Part shown: piece after piece, positions 10,531 through 25,271 of the stretch
Layout of the letters: the number at the start of each line of letters is the position of its first letter
How positions within the stretch are numbered: the first letter of the stretch is position 1
Origin: Octopus vulgaris
Lineage: Eukaryota
NCBI GenBank assembly: GCA_951406725.2
Contig: OX597828.1
Span: 10,292,001 to 10,356,000, forward strand
Length of the DNA: 64,000 nucleotides
Direction: 5' to 3'
The notes under the pieces: model-generated
Database searches by the model: none
What the model saw: the letters and a program-made list of their open reading frames with translations, nothing else
What the model was told of the DNA's origin: nothing
Translations under genes and position numbers: made by a program

Positions 10531-13500
10531 ATTATTTTTGTGTGTATATATATATATATGTTTCTACGTACACACACATATTTTATGTAAATGTACGTAC
10601 ATATATGTGTGGGTATATGTTTGTGCATGTGTGTATGTGTGTGTACGTAGAATATATGGAATACACACATGTATATGAATTAGATATGTTAAAAGCATTA
10701 ATCACGAATATGAGTATGATTGGTGGGAAATATGCCGCTCTTTCTGCTTGTGCCTCTATATTACCTACGTTATGTATGTCAAGTATCTATGTGTGTGCGT
10801 CTGTATGTGTGTGTTTGTGTGCATCTATGTGTATGTGAGTGGGTATATTTGTGTGTTTGTGTTTGCGTGAGTGTGTGTTTGTGTTTGGGTGTGTGTATAT
10901 GTGTGTGATGAATCGTTGAAATCAAGCTATTTACTGAATTCCACCTGCTGTTAAAATCGCCGATTTGGTTATGTGATTCACTCGTGTTCCATATGAATAT
11001 TTTAAATTGGCTTGTTGACATAATAAAACCATCTTCCAAGAATCTTGTGACACTGTACAAATTACTGGCAGTCGGTGTGTCTACAATGCGTCAGGTTACA
11101 TCTAAACTAATATATTATCAGTAGATGATTGATATCACTTTAGAGATTCTCTTCTCAATTACTATCTCTTGTTGAAGAACATAAAATAAGCAATATGAAA
11201 TACATTTACAAATTGGAGTATCGTGTCACGTACGCTATGCGATGTTGTAAAAAATAAGGAAAACTACGACATAGAGTACATAGGAAAGGAAAAAGAAATG
11301 ATTATGAAAAAAGGGAGCGCTAAAAGATTTTGACGTCTTATAATTTAATCCCCTGTATTTGAAAAACATCGTACGATTCGTCTTATTCTACATATTATTA
11401 TCAAGAAGAGAAATTACTGGAAATATTTTACCACACATGTTGTGTTACTTATTTGAGTGTTCAAAATATAGCCCGAAATTGCATTGTATCTCTATCAGAA
11501 ATATAATTAATTTCCTCATTTAGTAACAACAATAAAGAATTTTTGGGTTTGTTTTCATTTCTTTTGTGTAGTATCCAGATAAAATCTTCGTACTTTATCG
11601 CCCGATTATAACATGTGTTTATACAGCGAGTATCGTTTTTGAAAACATTTGCGAAATTAAACAGAATTACCCTAAAAGTAAGCTTTTCTCTTGTCTTTCC
11701 CATTAACCATAGAACAGATCTTCATAATTAGAAACAACTATTTGCATCCCGTTATCCGCATGTTGTTGTAGCGTTAATGAAAACACAAAGCAACACAACT
11801 ACTTTTATTTGATATTCCATAATTTTTAGACGGCTATAAAAGAGACTTTCACAGTTATTTAATTGATCAATTTTAGCGAACAATATTAATACAATAATCA
11901 CAAATGAATTGTTGTGGCTTCAATAAATTACTTCTAAGGGCGCCTAGATGTAATAATATGGAGATAGAACGAAAATTTTATATTACTTTTCGGACAGATT
12001 AACAAACAATTATTGATTTAATTCATTAACAATTATTCTTAAAACAGAAATCCATCAAAGCTAATTAATGCTAATGATACTGGTACATCGGATTTAGATA
12101 TGATAACGTAAAATAATTTCTCTGTAGATAAAATACATTACGAATTATTGATTATATATTACTAATATTACGCAACTTCAGAACAAGCGATTGTTAACAC
12201 AAAACACCGAATCGAAATCTCAATCTTTGAGTGTTTAACATTGCTCTTTGATATCTACCAAGTTTACATTGAGAAGTCTAATTTAAATTACTGTAAAATT
12301 ATTTTTTGTTTCTACAAAGATGAATAAAATCTGGGCCGGAGTAGATTACACAACAAATAATGAAATGAATTACACTTCAAAGAAAATTTTACTTTGCATT
12401 AACAGCAAGCTAGTGTCTGAAATAAATCTAGTCGACACAAAAATTTTAAATGTTCATCTTCTTTTGCATACATTTTGTAAGAAAATTCTGCTGTTCATTC
12501 CTCGTATTTCATTTGCTTTGTTGATCATTCTGAGAAGTCTGTCCACCAAATTATCAATTCTAGTCCATTCGTGTAACAGGATGGCAACGTAACGTTCCTG
12601 TGTCTGTTTGTGTTTTGAAAATGTGTCAAAGTCCATCGCCTCGAATTTTAAACAGATTAGTCGTGCTGGCATTGGGTATATTTATCATTGATGCATTTGC
12701 GGTGATATTTTAGCAAAAACAATTTTGTGATTGTTAAATGCAGGAATGAGAGACACATTTGAAACATAATCACAGTTGAATATCATAAGAGGGCGTAAAA
12801 TCTGATTACTTTCATGTCGATTATTTTTGTGCACTTTTTCCATGTTGTATTACATAACCATACTTCACTATTTAATTACATTGTTGAATTCAAAATCCTC
12901 TGATACGTGGTAATAGAATGCCCGAGAATTTTGCTAAAAGTAGCAATCATTCTGCATGCAAATACAAAGTACATTCTGATATAAGGAAGTAAAACCTTAT
13001 GTAATGCAGTCCTACATGCCAATAATATCAAACATCTTTGGAAGGCTTTTGGTTATAAGAAAAAAGTGTTTTTTTAGTCAAAATTTTTAAAACAGAAGTA
13101 CGAAATTTTTCCAGTTTATTGCCAAAATTCAAATTAACTAATACACTTTATCAGTAATACACTTTAGTAAACTTGATAATTAAGGTGGCATAAACAAAAT
13201 GAAACCATAAATCTTCTGTTTGATGTTCATAAATTTATCCCATCACTTTTATCCCTTCAATACGGAAGGAAACCAAGCACATTAAGAACTTTTGTTTACA
13301 CAGATGGAAAAAAAAACTCCAACTAAAGATTTCTCATTTGAATTGCACCTATTCCATTGTACATGATAAACTTCATGAAAATGATTTCACCATAACATCT
13401 GCCCTCCACGCGGGATTACGAAAATAGGATTAGAATCAGTGTAACGATTTTTTCCGTCTTTTGCTTTTGAGTTTTACGAGTCTTTCTGTAGGACATTTAG

Positions 13501-13597
13501 GAAAGGTCAAATTACCTAAATGTCAACACGCAAAGAGTAATGTAAATGCTCAGCCAACTCATGTTTTTTTTAATCATAAAGATAAATATCATATGAC

Positions 13598-14096
13598 ATG
13601 GCTTGAACGAGAAGATGCAACAATGATCCCAACTTATTTTGCTATACATGCGGCGAGTTCACACCAAAAGCCAACAGGAATCCGATATGTGACTTTTACA
13701 AGAGAGCCTATCGTGCTTACTTTCACGTTGAGCTTGGTAATCAGAGCAAATCTTGGACTCCTCACATTGTTTTGCAACACATGCTTGGAACACATGAGAC
13801 AGTGGACTTCAGGTTAAGGAAAATCCCTGAGATTCGCTATTCCTATGATATTGCATATGGAATTGAGATTAATGCATATCAAATTGGGATTAATGAAACA
13901 GTATGTAAAATCAATCAACAAAGAAAGTAAATGTTTTGAGTATATATGTAAATCGTTTCCAGGACTTAGCACCAAACACAAAAAAGGAGTGTTTGATGGT
14001 CCTAATATCAGAAACCTCATTAAGGATGATGAATTTGTTAATTCAATGACTGATTCGGAATTACGCGCATTTTCTTTTGTGCTAGGCCACTGGTAA
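13598..14096 (+). pseudogene. Chapaev-3-like (CMC) transposase relic with large internal deletion
   Basis: RRCNNDPNLFCYTCGEF..ICDFYKRAYRAYFHVELGNQSKSWTPHIV, frameshift, CNTCLEHMRQWTSG*GKSLRFAIPMI, joined almost directly to HIKLGLMKQYVK..FPGLS..GVFDGPNIRNLIKD. Confidence 0.75.
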
Positions 14097-14504
14097 TAAT
14101 AATTTATATAATTCTTATTACCCTAATGTTATTTATTATGTTTAAATATTTTTTGATAAATTTGTTCGAAATTTTACCGGCATTCCCTCAGTCACCGGAT
14201 ATAATCTTCATCTGCGCAGTGGTTTGAAAATTTAAGATATACATACAGCTAGTTTACATGTGGATCTAGTCGTGTGGATATTTGCATTCTAAAGGCTTTC
14301 TACTGATGTAAACTAGCCTCAGTAAATATTTTTTTTACTGGAATTAGTTAGAAACCATGGTCTAAGAACTAAATAAGATGGTAAGCGTTTTTAATTTTCA
14401 TTCCTTTCGAGAATTTATCCCTAATTAGTGGTTTGAGTTTTCTACTGCTCTTTCTAACACAAGGCTTTCCTATTTGGAAGCCTCTTGATTTGTTTTAATG
14501 TACA

Positions 14505-14574
<70 letters not shown>

Positions 14575-14770
14575 ATACACACACATGCACAAGTGAATGA
14601 ACTATAGAAGGTAGCAGGGCAACATACTTCGAGCTTCATGTATTCACTGACACTTAAACTGCGCTTTATTTAACTTTAAAGAAGAAGCTGCCGGCAAGTA
14701 GAACGTATTTGATGTCCAGCAACAGATACACACGCACACAACCACACACACACACTGACACACACACACA

Positions 14771-14840
<70 letters not shown>

Positions 14841-14843
<3 letters not shown>

Positions 14844-15860
14844 CTACCGTTTTCAACGTGGCGGGGCCCCACCTTTCGGAAGTGTCTTCAGCTCTGGTGT
14901 TGAGTGCGTTGCTTCCTTCTTTTTTCTTCTGTTTTTTGGTTCCTTCGATGCAACTTCAACGAATGTCTGCGAGTGACTGACCAACCTGATATACATACTT
15001 GCAAATACTCGTCGGTATGCTCCCGGCAGCCAGCACCAGCTGGAGGTGAAGGGCGCGTAGTTTTAGCACGTGCCGTCTCTAAACCTGCCTTCCAACAGTG
15101 TCGTGTTAGCTTCAGTTCCAGTAGCCAGAGCTGACCAGCTATTTGGTTGTACAAACCTTCGAACCAGGAGGAGGGGGACGCTATGAACAAGACTGCAACC
15201 TTCGCCCACCTGTCAATCAGTTATACTGCTTAAGTGTCAACCAGCCTCACCTAGCGATGCTATTTCCCAGTCGGCTTGCTATGGCTTTCCAGCTATTTTG
15301 TATCTTCTCGCTTGAGTCATATATAGAAGCTGGCTTTTCGACTGCCTCCTGTCTCCTCCTTATTACTTTTCTCAGCTCTGAGCTTGAAAATGCAAACCTT
15401 CTTTTAAAAAACAACGTCAATTTCCTTTCAATGAAGCCTCTAGCCCCCCACTGTCAGGTGGTAATACTCGACAGTCCATTCCTGTTCTCTGCACTCTTTG
15501 ATTAATTTTTCATACCTCTTCTTCCGTTGCTCTGCTTTAAGAATGTTCTCTTCCCATGGCACAGTTACTCTAGCAAAATTCCAATTCTTCGTTCTGTGTT
15601 CCATATGATCAAGTCCGGTATTTTTTGTTGTTTTTATGAGTGGAAATATTAACAGTCTTTCTAAATCAGCTCCTAGTATCCCTTCCATCTTTCGCCTGTC
15701 TCGTAATTTTTATTTGGAAGCCTGACCTTATGTCCTTTTCCCTCCTTTGGGAAGTATATTTTTCTGCGCTTTTCCACTTTTGGGTAATCTCCCCAATCAT
15801 ATCTCTCGATCTTCTTGAGAGCTGCGCTTATGACACCATAGTATGTGTGGCACATGTATT
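14841..15860 (-). mobile_element. 5'-truncated non-LTR retrotransposon relic with restriction-like endonuclease (HERO/NeSL-like) and 3' UTR ending in (TG)n
   Basis: VTVPWEENILKAEQRKKRYEKLIKECREQEW...VG, frameshift, ARGF matches the ELTVPWEE..RK..KY..L..C...GW..EVG.RGF signature. GC-richer 3' UTR. Confidence 0.75.
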
Positions 15861-16786
15861 ACGTGTGTATACTACGTACATTTTATTCCATGAATGAGAA
15901 GCCGCGCGATATTTATGTGTCTTTTGCGTGTGCATATTCTTACATATGTTTGTCACTGTATTGTCAGTTCGTATATGGTTGTGTATACATAACTACAATA
16001 GTCGTTATATGTTAATGTCATTTTTCATGAACGCAAGAACCGTCATATCGTAAGCAATCTATAAGTTGCCTCAGAAATCTTGTTTTAATTTTGCCTTCTG
16101 GAAATTATGGATTCCTCAACACTAGGCGTCAGGAGATTATATCTCGTTTGAGATTTATAACTTGATCTTAATCTGATATTCCATTAGTATTGTACTTTTA
16201 TTAAGCATCCCCACCGCCTGATGTGTTTTTAGCTGCTCTACACGTTTGACAGGTCTTGTCTGTAAGAGTTTTCACCAGATTATATTGATTAAAAGAGCAG
16301 CAGTTGTGTGTTCCTCAAGAATTATAATAGGATATGACTATGTCTGTGTGAGTAAGTTAGTAGATTGTGAGAGTGCAAGAAAAAAGATATATCACAGGAG
16401 AGAAAGAATGGCAGATAGAGAAAAAGGAGATAAACCTAAAGTTATAAAACGTACTGCAATATGGTAACTGAAATATACAAGGGTAGAATTGGTTTCTTGA
16501 AGAGATGAAATTAGCATGTGATAAATAAAAAGTAACCGGAATCAATGAATGAAATGTATAATTAAGTAGGATATATCTACATGCATGTGTATGTGTGTCT
16601 GTGTGTAGGCGTTTGTCTCCGTACGTACATGTGTGTGTCTCTATGTAGGCGTGTTTCTGAATAAATATATAAGAAGTACAGAGATAAAACTGAAAGGGAG
16701 CGAGAGAGAGAATATGATTGAGAACTTGTAAAATTGAAATTAATATTTAGTATGATATACAGAGGTGGTAAGAAATACTAAAGCGT

Positions 16787-16819
<33 letters not shown>

Positions 16820-16823
<4 letters not shown>

Positions 16824-17080
16824 TTTAACAATTAAGGATAACTTCTTAATAAGGAATCTTAACAAGAAATTATCAGGTAGATAGCGTGAAAAACCTCATA
16901 AGAGAAAAATTTCGAAAATAATTCTTTCTTATTGAACATATTAATTTATATATAAAGGGCATTATTATACATACATGCCACACGCTAAGAGGGACATTAG
17001 TCATTTCTACCAAAAATTTTACTAATCATACCCAATGCAATTTTTCAAAGCAAGACATTTAAAAAATAAATAAATAAATA
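16820..17080. mobile_element. (TA)n-embedded non-coding element (family F)
   Basis: Bounded by (TA)n on both sides. GTAGA-TAGCGTG-AAAAA ... GCCA-CACGCTA stem architecture parallels family E. Confidence 0.5.
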
Positions 17081-17091
17081 AATAAATATAA

Positions 17092-17161
<70 letters not shown>

Positions 17162-17265
17162 TTGTGAGATATTTCCTTTAACCCATTAAAATATATGAAA
17201 ACATATATGACAAATGTGAACTGTGAATTTCTGGAGGCATTGTAACCTGAATGTATGTATGTATG

Positions 17266-17299
<34 letters not shown>

Positions 17300-17727
17300 T
17301 GTATGTATGTATGTATGTATGTATGTATGCATGTATGTATGCATGTATGCATATACGCATGTATGTATGTATGTATGTACGTATGTATATGCATATAATG
17401 AATGCCAGTAAAAGCATTTGAGGAAGAAAAGTTTCCCAGCATTAAAGAACTACAGGTTACACATTTTTTCTCTTTGTTTACATTTACTGATATCACCTTA
17501 CATATTTTGCATAATTTTCATCTGCCTTGCTCAAGTATTCTTTCAGATATTTCTATACATGATACGTATAATTTGTTTTATTTGATATTTTAATGATCCT
17601 GGGAAATATTAAACATGCAAGGTACAATAGTGTCAGAAACCATATACAGACCAAAATAAATAATATAAATTATTTCATTAGACAAACTGTTAATTTCGCC
17701 ATTCTATTTAATTTTATATATTATATC

Positions 17728-18098
17728 GTGAAGGCCCAGTAGCCCAGTGGTTATGGCAGCGGACTTGCTGTCGTAGGATTGCGGTCTCCATTCCCAAACC
17801 GGGGGCGTTGTGAGCGTTTATTGAGCGAAAACACCTGAAGCTCCGCGGGGTTCCGGCGGGATGTGGTGACAAACCCTGCTCAACCCTTTCACCACAACTT
17901 TCTCTCACTCTTTCTTTCTGTATTTCAAAGGGCCAGCCTTGTCACAATCTGTATCACGCTGAATCTCACTGAGAATTACGTTAAGGATACATGTGCCCCT
18001 GGAGGGCTCAGCCACTTGCACGTTAATTTCATGAGCAGGATGTTCCGCTGTTCGGATCAACTGGAACTCTCGTCGTCGCAACCGAGGGAGTGCCACAA
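17728..18098 (+). mobile_element. SINE with head A plus tail A
   Basis: Colinear with 37193-37565 from head to CTCGTCGTCGCAACCGAGGGAGTGC. Confidence 0.92.
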
Positions 18099-19974
18099 TG
18101 GATATATTTTATTAAAAGGAAAAATGTTATTCATTTAAAACTGGTATTAAATATAAAAGATAGTATAGATGAGACCTCATTATATATTAGCTGGCGAAGA
18201 AGTCGAATCTTGACAACTGATATTATGACAATTCTAAATATTTTGTTCAGTGATTTATTAGTTATGATTCTCGTTGAAATAGGGCATTTGTGGATAGTCT
18301 CCTTGCTTTAAAAGTTGTGTGATTTCGAATTTTTGTTTGAAGCTCACATAATGCATTTGATGCGATTTAATCACAGAACACTGTTTAGATTTTAAAAACA
18401 TCACAAATTATAAGAAGGAGCCCTTTGGACTTCAACATGACGAGATGCTTGTCCCTAGCACAGGGATAGGCACTGTTCGATAATTTCTAACGAGAAAGAG
18501 GTTTATGTAACAACTAAACTTGAGGTGAAAAGAGGAAAAAAAATACATTTCATTATGTTTAATTATTCTATTTCAAGACATTTATTAATAAGGAATGGTT
18601 CTTGAATCTGTTGCCAGTAAATCAAAAGATTACATAATCAAATTCATAGAAAGAAAACATGTAATTTCCAGAAAATTAAATGAAATTTGTGAATTACATT
18701 ATGATTAAAATTTATAAAACATGAGAATGATTAAATATTACAAGACTACAAAATAACATGTAACGGTAAATGATTAAAAATTAGCGTAAAGCAATTTCTT
18801 GTTCTTCTGAAGGAAACATCATGGAACCTATAAGGAGTGAAATTTCTGCTTAATCATAATACAAAGATTTATGTTATATAATTGAATTGAATTTATATAT
18901 TATTAATTATTCATAATAGTTACGTAACTGTAATTTTAAAATATATCTCCTCTTACATTGAATAACATAATTTTCAAATTATATCTATAGTTTTGCAGTA
19001 ACATAAGATATGAATTATGTAGTTTGTTTTTAAATACCACTTTGGAGTAATCGTTCCTTCCTTGTATGTCATTTGTTAAATATCATTTATATATCGTATT
19101 ATATATATTATATATTCTGTTGGTTATAAATAATAAAATTCCTTTTTATCATTAGAATGAAAATGTGATATTGAGGATATGATATAACAAATGACATCAA
19201 GTTCCTGGCGTTACAGAGATGATAGGTAGCTTTAAGTTTTGTGGAAGTTGAATCCAGAAGCGCAATATACGCAAGTAACATATATAAATGATTTTGTCCA
19301 CGATTTAGCCGATTATGTTCAACGTGTATTCGTGTATAATGGAAGTCGAGAAATATTACCTTACCGTAAAATCACTATGTGTGTGTGTGCATGCGCGGGG
19401 GTACGTGTGTGTATACATGCGATCACTTGTTCTAGAATAGACCTCTGCATTACATGATTATAAATGTGGATTAGGAACAGAGTCGTACTGATGATTGTAA
19501 CACTATCTAATGTTTGATTCTTTAGAATTAAACTAAATTTACACAAGCTCATAAATTATACTTTATCGCTGTTGATTAGAGGACACTTTACCAAATCGTA
19601 TTTACGTTGATGTAAGTGGACATAGAATTCGGTCATTCAAATCTTGGACATGGATGAAAATAAGCAATATGCATATTAATATTTTTCTCAGACATTCGTC
19701 TTATTTGTTCGGCTAATACACGGCTATGTTTCTTCACTAATGGGCAGTCATTGGTAAATGAAATGTAAAGAGACAAAGACAAATATTCAGTCCCTTCCTA
19801 TTCGAAAGGGTACTAATAGTAAAATTTGAACCAGAGGTCATTGATAATTCTAAACTGGTTAAAACCTAAAAACATAATATTTTGATAAGTTGCTTAAGTT
19901 ATGTGATACACTTAAAATTCGAAATTCTGGAAGCTCTTCTGATAAACGTTCCTGTTACGAAGAGGCAAACATTC

Positions 19975-20300
19975 AGTAGAAACTCTTCAACACATTCTCA
20001 TCCAGTCTCCTTCATCCATCTGTCTCTATCATTATTCATAGTTCCTAATGCACCAATTATTACAGGCACAATATTTACAAATTTCATACTCCAAATTCTT
20101 GCAATTTCCAATGTTAAAAATTTTCTTCTTTTGTTATAATCCTGGGATCAAACGGATGTGTTGGATCAATTATTAAGCAACTTCGCTTTTCCCTGTCTAT
20201 TGTTTTTATGTTTGGTTTATTATTTTCTGGATGCTTACCCGTTTGAATGGGGAAAATCCCATAAGATTTCGCATTTCTCCGACTCAGCTCTCTTTCAATA
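19975..20300 (-). mobile_element. R4/Dong-like LINE endonuclease relic
   Basis: Minus strand FPIQTGKHPENNKPNIKTIDREKRSCLIIDPTHPFD...LEIARIWSMKFVNIVPVIIGALGT. Confidence 0.75.
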
Positions 20301-20329
20301 ACCACCATAGGACTACAGAAATACCTACT

Positions 20330-21215
20330 TCAGAGTCAAGGAAAACTAATAAAAAGAGCTGAAAAATACGGACAAAACAACAAAAAATGTTTTCAGTTTT
20401 TAAGGAAGGTGACAAATACAACATAGAGGTCATAGTACCTAAGAAATATGAAGAAAAGAAGAAACAACAAAAGCTGCAAAACAACTGAAATCCAAACTAA
20501 AAATTGAACTGCAACAGGTCATGATAAAACGATGGCAAGAAAAGCCCCTTCATTGCAAATACCGGGTAAAACTAATCAGAAAGTAAATAGACAAAACAAA
20601 GTCGCAACAATGGCTGAGAAACTCAGGACGCAAAGCAGTGATTGAAGGAATTTTAATAGCAGCACAAATCTCGCCACCAGAAATTACCAAAATATGTAAT
20701 GAAGAGAAATACAAGTAACTGTTGAATAGGTATAGATTACAAAGAACAGGAAATCATATTGCCTTTGGCTGCCCAGTCCTGGCTAAGAAGGAATATATTC
20801 ACATACAAGACAGAGCTGAGATCTATATACACTGGAAGCTATGCAAACACTCTGGAATAACAAAAAATAGATGGTATCAGTGCACGCCAGAAAAGGTAAC
20901 AGAAAATGAGAAAGAAGCTACACTATGCGATATACCAATACACATAGAAAGAGAAATTAAGGCCAATAGGCTGGATGTAGTTGTCAGAGATCACCAAGAA
21001 GAAAATGCTTTCTAATCGATGTATCAATACCAGCAGACGATAATGTTTCTCTAAAAGAAACGGAGAAACTTTCAAAATACGAAGATCTGGAAACAAAGGT
21101 AACTCGAATGTGGAGTCTAAAACCAGAAACAGTTCCTATCATTGTAGGCGCATTAAGTATGATAAAAAAAAAACATTCAGACAAATACATAACAAAAACT
21201 CCAGGAGCAATAATT
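20330..21215 (+). mobile_element. R4/Dong-like LINE relic (CCHC knuckle plus restriction-like endonuclease)
   Basis: WQEKPLH..QWLRNSG..EGILIAAQ; HIAFGCPVLAKKEYI..IHWKLC..TPEKVTENE..IKANRLDVVV, frameshift, CFLIDVSIPADDNVSLKETEKLSKYEDL..VPIIVGAL. Confidence 0.88.
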
Positions 21216-22189
21216 GAATATAGAATGCTTCATATTTGTTGACACCGGAATTAGAGAAAACTATTTCAAACATACTACCTCCATGGAAAGAAATACGTTT
21301 GTGTAATGACGGTTATCTTATGGAATATCAAAATTACTGTAAATGAAGACATTCATGAAAATATAAAATCCACCATGTTGTTCACTGTATAATATAACTT
21401 TCATTTTACAGCAATTAAGAGAAACCGCAACGATGAGTTTTGCTAATATGAAAGAGCATTTAAAATGTATGTATCTATGCGGATAAAGATATTGCATAAA
21501 GAGAGAATCATTAAATCTGAGGTAAGCATTATACAAGATTTGAAACCTTCCTGCTTGTAAAAGAAGCTTTATTCAAATATTTATAGCATTAACTACACCA
21601 ATAAGCTCGTATGTTTATTTATTAGTTTCTATATATCTACATTTCATATTCTATTATAACAGCAACGAAGAAAATGTGTGAAGATAATACAGCAAAACTC
21701 ATTATAAAGTCATCTATACGTATTAGAAATTGTAGTCAACAGACATCCACTCAACTCTACTTTGTGTGCTGTATCCTTGTGATCATAAATCATAGTCTTT
21801 AAATTGCTGGGAAATATCAAATTGCATTAGAGAAAAACTAAAACAATTTCAGTATGTCTTCAAGTAATGGTGTGAAATATGATTTTGAAAAAGCTGTGAT
21901 ACGTTGGCATAATATAAAACGCTCTAACACTGAATATTTGATATTTCTGTAATAAATACTAATATAACATTGCACTAATAACACAACTGCCAACGGAATA
22001 TTTCGATAAATGTAACAGACTTCATCACACTGCAGTATTTTTTTTTAAATCCCCAAGGAGGCGATAGAGAATATCTGTCTATTTTTCTATCTATCTTTCA
22101 CACTGCATAGGACAATGACATATTATAGATTACTTATGTGTATACACACACACTGTGCACTTGTGTGTATGTGTGTGTGTGTGTGTGAA

Positions 22190-22360
22190 AGGCCTAGATT
22201 GAAGCCCAAACCTCCGAGTTTTTTTACAGAGATTATAAAATCTGGAGGGTTACTTCAGTAAGTGTGGAAATCTTAGATTCGTCAACGAAAACTATAATTA
22301 AGTGATCCTCCACTGATTTCTTTCACCCAAAGCCAGCAAATTTTTCAGCACTACCTCGTA
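22190..22360 (+). mobile_element. mariner 3' end fragment
   Basis: Degenerate C-terminal coding segment followed by TIR-like CCAGCAAATTTTTCAGCACTACCTCG|TA. Confidence 0.45.
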
Positions 22361-22376
22361 TGTATCTATCTATATA

Positions 22377-22471
<95 letters not shown>

Positions 22472-22472
22472 G

Positions 22473-22536
<64 letters not shown>

Positions 22537-22538
22537 AA

Positions 22539-23026
22539 CAATAATTATAATGATATAGAATATTGGGATATTATGGTCTTTATAACTTAAATATATTTCC
22601 ACTGCACATATCAGGGCACTTGCAGATACAACATGTCACGATTCTCGGTGCAGAGGTAACCTGGCACCAAAATTCGAGCCAGTTTGGATCTCCAATTGGC
22701 CGTAATATGTGTAGTGGAAACACCGGTAGGTAATAAGGACCATAATAGTATGCTGTATAAAATTGCAAGATAGAAGAAAAAAATTCTTAGGATGAACATG
22801 ACACCATATTCTATATCGTTTTAATTATTGCAAATATATACTCAAAACAATAGTACTATCCGGTGAAACAAACTCGGATTCACCCATCGGAGGAATTTAC
22901 AGAGTGACTGACGACAAATAGTAGTCATAGACGTTAACACTTGATCGATATGATTAGCCGAAAGCTGGAAATTAAGTGTAAGCAACTATGGTCTCCACCC
23001 GGATAATATATCCCTCAAAACTGAAA
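22539..23026. mobile_element. Head-to-head pair of PLE-type terminal fragments between (TA)n tracts
   Basis: Three nested inverted blocks (CAATAATTATAATGATATAGAATAT; ATTATGGTCTTTA; TTTCCACTGCACATAT). The right copy carries a hammerhead 3' half GAAAC-ACCG-GTA. Confidence 0.6.
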
Positions 23027-23049
23027 TATATATATGTGGGGAGTGCGTG

Positions 23050-23118
<69 letters not shown>

Positions 23119-25125
23119 ATATGAATTTTCCGTGTCTGTGTGCATGTATGCATGCATGGGTATATGCATAGGCATGTATGTATAATCTACGTATATATCT
23201 TTATTTTCGTGTGCTTACATCAGTGTGGAAGCATGCATGTATGCTGATATGTATGTATATATATATGCATAAAATGCATGCAATCATACATATATACATA
23301 TATACATACATGCATACATACATAAAAATGTCCAAATTCAAATGTACGAATTCGTGACTTAAATTTAGATATTTAAGCAGACTGATAAATACACAAATAG
23401 ATAGGCCAATAATTTTGTTTGGCATGTAATTAGCGAAAATTTTCAACAATAAATAACAAAATATATATTTCATTTTCTCTTAGAATAATTCCATAGTAGT
23501 CGTTCTTAAACAACATTAACATTAATATCACTGTTGTCTTCTAGTGCTTACACTAATGCGGAATCGTTAAGTTGATAAAAATATAGAATTACTTTCTCTT
23601 TTAGGATTTTCGTTTATACTATAATGATGTTGGGAATTATTCAATTTGATTGTTATTAGATACAGTACTTACTCATTTAAAACTCTCGAAAATATGTTGG
23701 CTTCTTAATAACATATATTATTAGTTCAAAAACTATATAATTTGAAATAAATTAGTCTTGAAAATTCTATATTCATAGATCACGCCAAGCTCATACAGTT
23801 TTGTAAATATTATTTTGCCATGCAAATAGGTACTTGAAACAGGTTAACAATAGCGGAAAGCCTTTACTCCTAAATAATTTACTTTATATGTCCCCAAAGG
23901 GGGAATGCAATTGAGGTGGAAAGAAATTAGCTTCCAATAATTGTGTTATTATCATGATACATTTATTGACCAACGCGATCTATAATTTCTAGCAAAAAGA
24001 TAAAGCAGACTTGATTAATAATATTGTAGGAATTTGTTTTGTAATGTACAATGTTTGAATATATATTTGCAAGTTACAAAACTCCTATTCCGCATGAATC
24101 ACCAGCTCCTTCCCCCGCCGAAAATTCCAGCACACGCGCGCACACTCGCGCATTCAGTGAACTAATGAAAAGGACAATTTAAATATTTCAAAGATATTAA
24201 AAAATATCTTCATATTGCAGTACATCATACCGATTTTCTTATTTCACCTTTACAATCATATTAGGTAGGAAAAGGACGGCGTGGCGTTCATGCGTTTTCA
24301 AAGCTAGTTCATAAGTTAATAACGTGAATCGGATGTAAAAGAAAGATTGAAAGCAGATTATCGGTTACTCTCTCCAGGTGCTCAAAACTACATCGATTTT
24401 CTCAAGAGCGAAATAATGCATATTGATATAAATATGAAATGTGCGTGTTTTTGTGTGGATGAACAATCGTATTATGTTAACATTTACAAATATCTGATAG
24501 TACACACATTATAAAATTGTATTTTATATTTTCCCTTCGGCAATTTAGGTTTTAAATACTTCAACTTCAATTCCGAAATCGTGTCTGAATGTCTGAAAGA
24601 GAGCAAACAATATTTTAAATGGATATACGAAAACTATATTGATAAATAGATGGTTTAATCTTTATTTCAACAAAAATCAATAAGGCTTCAGAAATACTTC
24701 TTTTCTTAGGTTCAACGAGAACTTATTTGGCGATGTCCTGTCTATCAAAGATCACCCACTGCGCAGTCTCAAAAACAAATTACGTCAGAAGCAAGAGAAG
24801 TACATTCTAATTCGAATGCCATCACGGATAGAAACACTCGAATCTATTCATTCGGATCAGATATTTTAATATTAACTTGAATTCTCTGACCCAGAGGATA
24901 TGTTTTACATTTCCCAAATAAATAGCTAAATGAATGAATATATAAATAAGGCCTCAATTATATTTGCTTCCTTTATAACAACCATAGCAAAATATATTTG
25001 TATTTCTATTTGTACAATATGATATACATTACGCATTCTTACACATCTGTCTATCGAGCAACCTATCCAACTTTCTCTTTCTCACTCAATCTCTCTCTCT
25101 CTCTCTCTCTCTCTCTATGTATATT

Positions 25126-25156
<31 letters not shown>

Positions 25157-25214
25157 ATTTATGTATATATATATACAGAGAGAGAGATAGAGAGAGAGAT
25201 GCAAAGATAGATAA

Positions 25215-25271
<57 letters not shown>

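Noticed and set aside
12454-12672. 72-aa minus-strand ORF with natural-looking composition
   Set aside because: No recognisable motif or convincing splice-site pair.
13320-13410. mariner HTH fragment (QLKISH..YSIVHDKL)
   Set aside because: Too short and degenerate to support.
14841-14900. Hammerhead at the 3' end of the RLE LINE (minus strand CTGAAGA...GAAAACGGTA)
   Set aside because: Stem I and the junction geometry could not be paired convincingly.
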